DNA of 64,000 bases from Hyphomicrobiales bacterium. GTDB lineage: Bacteria > Eisenbacteria > RBG-16-71-46 > SZUA-252. The DNA is taken from the NCBI GenBank assembly GCA_050257555.1, contig JBLMXB010000028.1, forward strand, positions 1,149 through 65,148, read 5' to 3'. This document shows, piece after piece, positions 39,377 to 48,700 of the stretch; the first letter of the stretch is position 1; the number at the start of each line of letters is the position of its first letter. The notes beneath the pieces were generated by a model. The model did not search any database. It worked only from the letters and a program-made list of their open reading frames with translations, and was not told the origin of the DNA. The position numbers and the translations under genes are program-made.

Positions 39377-40072
39377 ATGAGACCAAGGGTCCTTCTCCAC
39401 ATCCTCGTCGCCCTCGCGGCCGCCTCGGCCACCGGCTGCGGCTGGTTCGGCCCCCCGGAGCCGCCTCCCCCCATCGAACCGGTCACGTCGATCTACGACA
39501 GCGGTCCCCGCGCGGGCGACGCGCCCTACATGCCGTACTGGGCGGTCGAGGGGGAGTCGCTCTTCTCGCAGAAGGGGTGCAAGGCGTGTCACGCGTACGG
39601 CGTCCGCCTCACGGGACCCGACCTGAAGGGGGTCACACGGCTCAGGAGCGGGGAGTGGATGGCGCAGCAGATCCTCCACCCGGACATCATGACCGTGGAG
39701 GATCCGATCTCGATCCAGCTCAAGGCGGAGTACATCGCGCAGATGGCGAACGTCGGGCTCACGCCGCGCGAGGCGATGTCCGTCATCGAGTACCTGAAGA
39801 AGCTGGACGAGGATACGGAGGCGCGGGACGGCCCGCACGCCTTCGACAATCCGACGCCCCCGCCGTTCCAGGCGCCCGGTGAGGCGGCGCCGGGTCTATC
39901 CCCGACGGGCCTGCCCGGGACGGGGGTGCCCGAGACGGGCGCGCCTCCGCCCGTGACCGGCTCCCCCGAGGCCGCGGTGCCGGAGGCGGTCGCGCCCGAG
40001 ACCGTCCCGCCGGAGGCCCTCGCCCCCGACGCGTCGCCCGACGCGGCTACTTCTTCTCGACCGCCTTCTTGA
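39377..40072 (+). CDS. Monoheme c-type cytochrome lipoprotein with Pro/Ala/Glu-rich C-terminal tail (paralog of 30732..31202)
   Basis: Start re-set to ATG 39377. Lipobox SATGC and heme motif KGCKACH. The core aligns by eye, almost residue-for-residue, with the first cytochrome: LTGPDLKGVT / MTGPNLQGVT, QILHPDIMTVEDPIS / QILHPEIMTKEDPIS, VIEYLKKLDE / VVEYLKHLDE. 231 aa. Confidence 0.8.
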   Translation: MRPRVLLHILVALAAASATGCGWFGPPEPPPPIEPVTSIYDSGPRAGDAPYMPYWAVEGESLFSQKGCKACHAYGVRLTGPDLKGVTRLRSGEWMAQQILHPDIMTVEDPISIQLKAEYIAQMANVGLTPREAMSVIEYLKKLDEDTEARDGPHAFDNPTPPPFQAPGEAAPGLSPTGLPGTGVPETGAPPPVTGSPEAAVPEAVAPETVPPEALAPDASPDAATSSRPPS

Positions 40073-40568
40073 CGGCGGCCATCGTCGTCGCCATCTCCGA
40101 CTCCATCTTCGACGCGGTCGCCTTCCGGTCCTCCGGCTTGCTCTCGTCCGTGTACTGCTCCGTGTAGACCACGTGCGTGACCGTGCCCTTCGGCTCGAGC
40201 CGGAGCCGCGCCTCGCACATGTAGGAGCCGTTCGTCGGCTCGTGCGCGACCCGTAGCTCGCGGTTCACCGCGACGTACGTCACGATCGACCGGCCGCCGT
40301 TCCCCCACTCGTCGGTGAAGTCGAGCACGTCGCCGACCTTCGTCAGGTTCACCTTCGCGTTCGACGGGTTCTTCCAGATCGGGCACCACGTGACCAGGTT
40401 CTTCCCCGTCGTGAGGTAGGACCAGATCGCGGCGGGAGGCGCGGCGACGTCGACCGACTGCGTGATGCGGACGACCGGGATCTCGCTCCAGGCCGCCCGG
40501 GCGGCGGCCGGCGCGAGCGCGGCGAGGGCGAGAAGCAGGGCGAGGGTGGACGGGATGCGGCGCTTCAT
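40047..40568 (-). CDS. SRPBCC (START/polyketide-cyclase-like) family protein, secreted
   Basis: Start re-set to ATG 40568, preceded by GGAGG. Signal MKRRIPSTLALLLALAALAPAAARA. SRPBCC-like sequences: ITQSVDVAAPPAAIWSYLT and RLRLEPKGTVTHVVYTEQY. 173 aa. Confidence 0.65.
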   Translation of the reverse strand: MKRRIPSTLALLLALAALAPAAARAAWSEIPVVRITQSVDVAAPPAAIWSYLTTGKNLVTWCPIWKNPSNAKVNLTKVGDVLDFTDEWGNGGRSIVTYVAVNRELRVAHEPTNGSYMCEARLRLEPKGTVTHVVYTEQYTDESKPEDRKATASKMESEMATTMAAVKKAVEKK

Positions 40569-40588
40569 GACGGTCGTGCCTCCGTGGT

Positions 40589-40634
40589 GGATGCCGGCGC
40601 CGGATGCCGGCACGGGGTGGACGTTGGGGTGGAC
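40589..40634. repeat. Two pairs of short tandem direct repeats in a divergent promoter region
   Basis: GGATGCCGGC at 40589..40598 and 40602..40611 (3-nt spacer). GGGGTGGAC at 40614..40622 and 40626..40634 (3-nt spacer). Read directly from the sequence. Confidence 0.6.
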
Positions 40635-40764
40635 CGGGTATAGCGGAAGCGGCGCGCGCTGGCAAGGGGACGTGCCGGAACGCCCGCGGCCACGCCGGTG
40701 TCCCCGCCGCTGCCCGCGGCCGAACGGGCTTTCCCCCGCCCCCTCCCTTCGCTAGATTCCGTGC

Positions 40765-42015
40765 ATGACCCCGGAAGCGCAGGGCGTCGCCGGCATCGCG
40801 GTCGCCGCGATCGGCGGGCTCGCGATCGGCGTGGAGCGGCAGTGGTCGGGCCACGCGAGCGGCCCCGACGCCCACCTGGGCGGCATCCGCACCTTCACGC
40901 TCCTCGGCATCCTGGCCGGGATCGCCGGCTGGGTCTGGTCGCTCGGCGGCCTGGCCCTGGCGGCCGTCCTCGCGGCGCTCGCGGGCGCGCTCGTGATCGC
41001 GTCGTACGTGGCCTCGAGCCGCCGGGAGGCGTTCGGCACGACCGAGACCGCGGCCCTCGTCGTCGTGGCGGCGGGCGTCCTGGCCGGCGCCGGATACCTC
41101 GCCCTCGCGAGCGGCGTGATCGCCGTGACCGCCCTCCTCCTCGTCGAGAAGTCGCGCCTCCACGCCGCGGTCGCCAAGGTGGACGACGCGGAGATCCGGG
41201 CCGCGATCCGCTTCGCGGTGATGGCCGTCGTCGTCCTCCCGCTCCTCCCCGAGGGACCGTTCGGGCCGCTCGGCGGCATCCGGCCGCGCCAGCTCTGGCT
41301 CCTCGTCCTCTTCTTCTCCGGGATCAGCTTCGCCGGCTTCCTCGCGCGCCGGCTGATCGGGCTCCGGCGCGGCTACACGGTCGCGGGGCTCCTCGGCGGC
41401 CTCGTCTCCTCGACGGCGGTGACGTTCACGCTCTCGCGCACGAGCCGGGACCACCCCGGGCTCTCGAGGCCGCTCGCGGCCGCGGTGCTCGCCGCCTGCG
41501 CCGTCATGTACGCGCGCGTGCTCCTCGCCACGGCCGTCCTGAACCTCGACCTCATGAGCGCGCTCCTCCCGTACCTCGTCGCGCCGTTCTTCGCGACGGT
41601 CGTCGTGACGATGATCGGCCGGGGCCGGGGCCGCGCCGAACCGCCCCCCGATCCCGGGCCGGCGAACCCGCTCGAGCTCAAGGCGGCGCTCCAGCTCGCC
41701 GGGCTCTTCCAGCTGGTCCTCTTCGCGGTGCACGCCGCGCGCACGACCTGGGGCGACGTCGGTCTCGCGGTCTCGGGCGGCATCCTCGGGCTCACCGACA
41801 TGGACGCATTGACGATCTCGATGGCGCGGAGCGCGTCCGATCCGGCCGCGCTGCACGGAGCGGCGCAGGCCGTCGCGGTCGGCGTGGTCTCGAACACGCT
41901 CTTCAAGGGGGCGGCGGCGGCGGTGCTGGGCCGCGGAGCCCTCCGGTGGCTCGTCCCGGCGCTGCTCCTCGTGACGGCGGCCGTCGGCGTGGCCGCGATC
42001 CTCTTCCTCCGCTGA
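40765..42015 (+). CDS. MgtC/SapB-like N-terminal domain plus DUF4010-type membrane protein
   Basis: 416 aa and polytopic. N-terminus GGLAIGVERQWSGHASG...GIRTFTLLGILAG is typical of the MgtC family, followed by a long hydrophobic C-terminal half. Confidence 0.65.
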   Translation: MTPEAQGVAGIAVAAIGGLAIGVERQWSGHASGPDAHLGGIRTFTLLGILAGIAGWVWSLGGLALAAVLAALAGALVIASYVASSRREAFGTTETAALVVVAAGVLAGAGYLALASGVIAVTALLLVEKSRLHAAVAKVDDAEIRAAIRFAVMAVVVLPLLPEGPFGPLGGIRPRQLWLLVLFFSGISFAGFLARRLIGLRRGYTVAGLLGGLVSSTAVTFTLSRTSRDHPGLSRPLAAAVLAACAVMYARVLLATAVLNLDLMSALLPYLVAPFFATVVVTMIGRGRGRAEPPPDPGPANPLELKAALQLAGLFQLVLFAVHAARTTWGDVGLAVSGGILGLTDMDALTISMARSASDPAALHGAAQAVAVGVVSNTLFKGAAAAVLGRGALRWLVPALLLVTAAVGVAAILFLR

Positions 42016-42023
42016 CGCCCGGC

Positions 42024-42635
42024 GTGCTCGATCCGATCGCCTTCCTCTCCCGGGCCGAGCCGGCCGCGCGGGACGGCGACCCGGCCGACGCGCTCTTCGT
42101 CCTCGCGGGCGGCCAGGAGCGCAAGGTGGAGGCGGTCGCCCGGTGGCGCGCGGGCGCGGCCGCGACCCTGGTCGTGAGCGTCGGCCGCTTCGAGTGGCGG
42201 CGGTACGCTCTGCTCGGCCTCCCGGGCGACGACGCGCTTGGGCGCGCGGTCGAGGCGGTCCCCTATCGGAGGCGTCACTTCTTCGTCGTCGTCCCGTCCG
42301 GCGCCGGCGACGCCGGCGACCGCCGCGTGGAGATCGTACGGGTCGAACGGGGCCCGCTCGGCACGTGGCGCGAGCTGCGCGCGTTCCGGCGTCTCGCGGT
42401 CGAGCGGGGCTGGCGCTCCGTGGTACTCCTATCCTCGGCGATCCACCTCCGGCGGGTCTCCCTCCTCGCGCGTCGCGTCTTCCGGGGGACGGGGATCGCG
42501 CCGACGTATCTCGCGGTGCCGGGTGGACGGGATCGGGCCGGCCGCGCGTCCTGGCCCCGGACGCCGCGCGGCGCGGCCTTGATCGCGAGCGAGCTCGTGA
42601 AGGTCGCGTTCTACGCGGCGGTCCTATGGGGGTGA
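42024..42635 (+). CDS. DUF218 (YdcF/SanA/ElyC-like) domain protein
   Basis: The start is tentatively GTG 42024, the first start codon after the upstream stop. Sequences ALFVLAGGQERKVEA, TWRELRAFRRLAVERGWRSVVLLSSAIHLRR fit the DUF218 pattern. 203 aa. Confidence 0.5.
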   Translation: MLDPIAFLSRAEPAARDGDPADALFVLAGGQERKVEAVARWRAGAAATLVVSVGRFEWRRYALLGLPGDDALGRAVEAVPYRRRHFFVVVPSGAGDAGDRRVEIVRVERGPLGTWRELRAFRRLAVERGWRSVVLLSSAIHLRRVSLLARRVFRGTGIAPTYLAVPGGRDRAGRASWPRTPRGAALIASELVKVAFYAAVLWG

Positions 42636-42645
42636 GCCATGGAAC

Positions 42646-42675
42646 GGGCGCCCCGGACCGGAGTCCGGAGCGCCC
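42646..42675. terminator. Hairpin between convergent DUF218 and S8 genes
   Basis: GGGCGC-c-CCGGAC-cgga-GTCCGG-a-GCGCCC, two 6-bp stems with one mismatch. No T-tract. Confidence 0.35.
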
Positions 42676-42717
42676 GAGTCGCGTGCCGCTCGAGGCGGCG
42701 TCCCGCGCGATGCGGGG

Positions 42718-45700
42718 TCAGCGAATGATGGCGACGCGTCCCGTGAAGGTCTTCCCCGCCGCGCTCATCCGGATGAAGTAGACGCCCGACGCCACCGCGG
42801 TCCCGGCGGACGTGCGGCCGTCCCACGTGATCGAGTGGTAGCCCGGCGTGAACGGATGGGTCGCCACGTTGCGGACCAAGGCGCCCCGCACGTCGTAGAC
42901 CTTGAGATCGACCGGCGCGTCACGCGGGATCGCGAGCATCATCCGGACGTCGGACTGGGACATCGGATTCGACCCGATGATCCGGAACGCGAACTCCTTC
43001 GGCAGCGCCGTCTCGCCGTCCTCCACGGCCGTCGGAGTCGATTCGAGCACGGTGAAGGGCTCGGAGATCCACGATCCCATCGCCCCCAGACCGTCCACCG
43101 CCACCAGCTCCAGGATGCCGTTCGTCGTCTCCGGGCCGATCACGAGGAACGAGTAGTTGTGCCCCTGGATCTCCGGCGCGACCATCCGCCAGCTCTCTCC
43201 GCCGTCGAACGAATACCAGAGCTCGTAATAGAGCGCGGCGTGACCGTTCGGGTCGTCCCAGGCCAGGTTGATGTGCGCTCCCGCCGGATACGACTTCGGC
43301 TGGCGCGCCTCTCCCTTGTTCTCGTCGAGCCCCGACGACGACACCATCTTCGGCTTGAGGACGCGGACGTAGTCGGTCCCCTGGAACCACGAGGCGTCCT
43401 TCACCTCGCCGATCATCTCCACGGCGACGTTGTCCCCGGTCGGCAGGATGCCGACCAGCTGGATCCGCGGGAACTTGAACGCCGCCTCCTCGAGTCCGTT
43501 CCCGTCCTTGTCGTCGTAGCCGATCGGGGCGTCCGGAACGACGCCGATCGTCCGGTTCAGGAGCACGGTCGACGGATCGATCTCCCGGGCTTCGTAGCCC
43601 GCGATCGGCTCCGCCAGCCCGCTGACCCAGTTGCCGTTCGACGCCCGGTTCAGCGTGTTCGGATCGAGATCGACCATCGCGCCCACGACGCCGACGTGCA
43701 GGTTCGCCTCGACGTCGATCAGCGGGTCCGTCAGGTCGTTGCACTGGATCCGGAGCGCCCCCGAGTAGTCGCCGTCGGCGAGGCCGGTGGCCGTGAACGT
43801 CACGTTCATGTCGACGTGCCCGCCGGCCGGCACGACGCCGGAATTCGGGGAGACCGTGAGCCAACCCGGGAGCCGCGAGAACCGGAGCCGCAGGTTGTTC
43901 TTCACGTAGGCCTGGTTGTACGCGACCTGGAGCCCGATGTCCTTCGTCGCGTTCTGGATGCCGATGGTCGCCTCGTTCAGGCGGGTCCCGTCCATCTGCA
44001 GGTATTGGAAGTCGATCGTCCCGCTCGGATAGAGGATCACCTCGAACGTGTACGGACCGCCACTCGAGTAGCGCGGCACCCCCGCGTACTCCACGATGAA
44101 CCGCGTCCCGTCGTACTGCGCGTAGACGGCCCCGGCGCTACGCAGGTCGAGGTCGTCCCAGAACGGCGCGAGCAGGTTCTCCGGCGTGGAGGTGCTCGTG
44201 TTCGGGAGCGTCGTGTTCGAGAGCGACGTCGCGCTGCTCGTGAACGAGAGCCACCCGTTGGAGCAGACGCGGTACTCGGTGAACGTGTTCCCGTAGAACG
44301 GGAACGGGAACGGCAGCGGGAACGGTCCGACGTTCTGATCGTCGCCGTTCACCGGCAGGTGCGTCCCCGTGCTCGTGATGTCGACCCAGTCGAACGGCGT
44401 GCCCTGCACCGGATCGTCGCTGTCCGCGTACCGGTAGCCGTACGCGTCGGGTCCGCCCGAGGCCAGGGCGGCGGGTCCGCCCGGCTCGCCGGGCTGATCC
44501 TTCCCCGTCTCGGCCGACGGATGCGCCTGCACGGCCGCGGGGAGCATCACCAGCCCCTCCGCGCTCCAGGTCAGATCGCTCCCGCCGGTGTTGTCCATCC
44601 GGAGGATCTTGGTCTTCGTCTCCGCCGTCGGCCCCAGCGTCGTGGCGAGCGCCGCGCGCACGGAGTTGGCCCCCATCGAAGCCTCGGGCGGGATGTACGC
44701 CACGCCCGTGAGGCCGACCGACAGGGCGCCGTTCGGATCGTTGCTCTCGACCAGGAGCTGTCCCAGGCACGGGTTGGGCGGGACGCACGGATTGGGCGGG
44801 CGGAACCGCACGGTCAGCGCCCTCCCCGCCCGGTTTCCGAGCGTGAACGGAACCGCGGGCGGATCGACCAGCTGCCAGCTCGGATCGACGATCGAGAGGG
44901 AGCGGATCTCCACCACGTCGCTGCCCGAGTTCTGGATGTCGACGGTCAGCTCGCGTTCCTGCCCGATGTACAGCCACCCGAAGTCGAGCGCCGCGGGCGT
45001 CGCCGCCACGTGCGGCGTGCCGACGGCGACGAGCGTCGCCGGCAGGTTCGTGACGCCCTCGTCGGGATCGTTGCTCGCCAGCCGGAGCGTGCCGGCGTAC
45101 GTGCCTCCGAAGAGGTCCGCGGAGTTGAACGTCACCTGGATCGGCAGCGAGCCTCCCGGCGGAATCGTGCCCGACGACGGGCTGGCGACGAGCCAGTCGG
45201 GGGTCGTGCGGAACTCGATCGCCAGGTTGTCGTGCACGTACGCGTCGTTGTAGACGACCGTGAGGCCGTCGTCCTTCGTCGCGTTCTGGATTCCGATCGT
45301 GGCCTCGTTCAGCCGCGTCCCCTGCATCGACAGGTACTGGAACATGATCCGACCGGACGGATAGAGGATCACCTCGAACGTGTACGGTCCGCCGGAGGAG
45401 TATCGCGGCACGGCCACGAACGAGAGGATGAACCGCGTGCCGTCGCGGTACGTGTAGAGCCGCTGGACCGAGCCGGGATTCAGATCGTCCCAGAAGGGAG
45501 CGAGCAGGTTCTCCGGCACGCCGCTTCCGCTGTTCGGGAGCGGCTGGTTCGTCAGCGCGGTGAGCGTGCTCGTGAACGAGAGCCACCCGTTCGTGCAGAC
45601 GTTGATCGTGTTGAACGCGTTCCCGTAGAACGGGAAGTCGAAGCCGATCGGGACGCCCTGGAGATTGGCGTCGTCCCCCGTCAGGGTCAGCGGGGTTCCG

Positions 45701-48700
45701 ATCGCGGTGAGGTCGACCCAGTCGAAGGCCGGCCCGTTCGGATCGTCGCTATCCCGCCACGTGTACCCGAACATGTCGGGCCCGCCGGTCCCCCGGATCC
45801 CCTGCCGCGGATCGACGGCCTCCTTCCCGAGGACGAGCTCGTCGTACGTCGGCACCGACGTCGCGGTGAGCGTCGTGCCCACGACGAACGTCAGGTCGCT
45901 CCCTCCCTGGTTCTCGACCGACACGGTCTGCATGGACGAAGCCGGGATCGGGAGCGTCGCCGAGAGCGACGCCGGCGAGACGGCGATGTCCGGCGCGACC
46001 AGCCCGGCTCCGGAGAGCGCGACCGGGTAGGCCGGCGTGTCGGGATCGTTGGAATGGATGGTCAAGGTCGCCGGCCTCGGTCCCGCCGTGGGCGGCCCGA
46101 ACGAGACGAAGACGACGGCGTTCGCGAGCGGCGGGACCGTGAAGCTCCGGTTGTCCACGCCGTACGCGGGATCGCTCATCGTGATGTCGCTCACGACGAG
46201 CGCGTCGGTGCCCCGGTTCTGGATCGTCAGCTCCCGGATCCCGGGGAATCCGATGAAGACGTTCCCGAATTCCACCGGATCGGGCGTCGCCGCGATGTCC
46301 GGTACCCCCGTCACGGTCAGTCGCGCCGGGACCTCGAGCTCTGGCAGGACCGGGTCGTTCCCCTGGATCCGCACCGCGCCCTCGTAGACGCCGCCGAACA
46401 GGTCGGCCGCGTTGAAGCCGACGTTCAGGTCGACGAACCCGCCCGGAGGCACCGTCCCCGACGCCGGGCTCACGGTGAGGAACCGGGCCGGCGGACGGAA
46501 GCGGACCGCGAGGGAGTTCTTGATGTACGTCGCGTTGAACACGACCTGGAGCCCGTCGTTCCGATCCTGGTTCTGGATGCCGATCGTCCCGCTCGTCTTC
46601 AGCGCCATGTTCATCGTCAGATACTGGTAGAGGATCGTGCCGTTGGGATAGAGCACGATCTCGAACGTATTCGTTCCGGTATCGCTGAGGCGGGTCACGT
46701 CCTGGTACTGGATGACCAGCTTCGTGCCGTCGTTGTAGTAGTACGCGTGCTGGACGGTCGAGAAGTTGAAGTCGTCCCAGTAGACCGCGAGCAGGTTCTC
46801 CGGCACCGTGCTCCCGGTGTTCGGGATCGTGGTGTTCGTGTACGTGGTCTTCGTGCTCGTGAACGAGACGAAGCCGTTCGTGCAGATCCGGAACGAGTCG
46901 AACGAATTCCCGTAGAACGGGAACGAGAACCCGATCGGATAGGGACCGGTGTTCTGGTCGTCCCCCGTCATCGGGATCTGCGTCCCCACGGTCCGGACGT
47001 CGACCCAGGAGAACGCCGGTCCGTCCGGCTCGTCGCTGTCCTTGTACGTGTAGCCGAACACGTCGGGGCCGCCGGACTTGAGCGGGGCGGGACCCGACTG
47101 CACGTCCGCCTCTCCCTTGCCGACCGGCACGTTGTCCGCGTCGGTCCCGACCGTCACGGAGCCCGACGGCGCGTTCGTCACGGTCTCGGCCGTGAACGTG
47201 AAGTCGCTCCCTCCCGAGTTCGACACCCGGAGCGGGCGGCTCGTCGCGGTGTTCGTCAGCAGAGCGACGTCGAATGCGGTCGGTGACACCGAGAACGACG
47301 GCGCCGGCACGGCCGCGCCCGTCACCGCTACCGCGAGCGACGGGGCGTCCGGGTCGTTGCTCTCGATCGTGAGCGTCGCCGCGAGGGCGGCCGGCGCGGT
47401 CGGAGCGTACGTGACCGTGACCGCCTGGCCCGAGAGCGGGTGGAGCGTGAACGACGTCGGCGACGCCGTCAGCGTCCCGTCGCTGGACTGGATCCCGGTC
47501 ACCACCAGGTCATCGGTCCCCGGATTGGTGACCAGGAGGGTCTTCTCCGGCGTCGCGCCGACGAAGATGGTCCCGTAGTCGAGCGACGTCGGGTTCACGG
47601 CGATGTCGGGCGCGCCGATCACGTGGAGCGACGCGGGGAGCGAGACGTTCGGCTGTGCCGGGTCGTTGCTTTGGATCGGGATCGTCCCCTGGAACGTCCC
47701 GCCGTTCAATCCCGCGGCGTCGAACCGGACCTGGACCGTGGCGCTCTGGCCGGCCAGGACCCGCCCCGACGTGGGGGTGACGGAGAGCCACTGACGGAGC
47801 GGCGCGATCCGCACCGCGAGCCCGTCCCGCAGATACGTCGTGTTGAACGCGACCGTCAATCCGACCGACTTCGACGCGTTCTGGATCCCGGCCGTCGCGC
47901 TGTTCGTGGGCGAGCCGAGGGAGAGGTACTGGTACCGGATCTCCCCGTTCGGATAGAGGATCGCCTCGAACGTGTACGGGCCGCCCGTCTGGTAGTGGTT
48001 GACGTCGACCCACGCGACGATGAACCGCGCCCCGTCGTTGTACGTGTAGACGTGACCGGTGGCGGCGAAGTCGAGGTCGTCCCACATCGGCGCCACGAGG
48101 TTGGCCGGGGCGCCGCTGTTCGGGAGCGGCTGGTTGTCGTACGACGTCGCGCCGTCGCTGAACGAGAGCCACCCGTTCGTGCAGACGCGGACGTCGGTGA
48201 ACGTGGCCCCGTAGAACGGGAAGTCGAAGCCGATCGGGATGGCGGGAGACGTCGCGTCGTCTCCGGAGAGCGGCTGGAGATCGCCGACGGCGGTCAGGTC
48301 GACCCAGTCGAACGCCGGGCCGCCGGGCTCGTCACTGTCGAGCCAGCGGTACCCGTACCCGTCCGGACCACCCTTGCTCTCCGCGACCGGCCCCACCCGC
48401 GGGTCGGTCTCCCCCTTCGCGAACGGCTGGTAGTCGTAGACCACCGGCTGCGAGAAGGCGAGCTCGGGCGTCGGGATCTGGTAGTCGAGCGTCCCCTGCG
48501 CCACGTTCTGGATCGTGAGGGTCTGCGTGGCCGTCGCGCCGGTCAGGAGGTCGGCCGAGAACGAGGGAGGCGACGCCGCGATCATCGGCGCGCCGAGCGT
48601 CGTCCCCGTCGCCACGTTCGACAGTCCGCCGGCGTTGTTGAACTCGTCGAACGCCTTGATCGCGAAGTAGTACGGCGTGCTGAAGGCCAGGCCGCCCACT

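Noticed and set aside
43545-48585. Periodic repeats that could be mistaken for a CRISPR array or satellite
   Set aside because: The period is about 1.3 kb, the copies are diverged, and they lie in frame inside one continuous 7.5-kb ORF with conserved protein motifs. They are coding domain repeats, not a CRISPR array. No short repeat-spacer structure was seen anywhere in the window.
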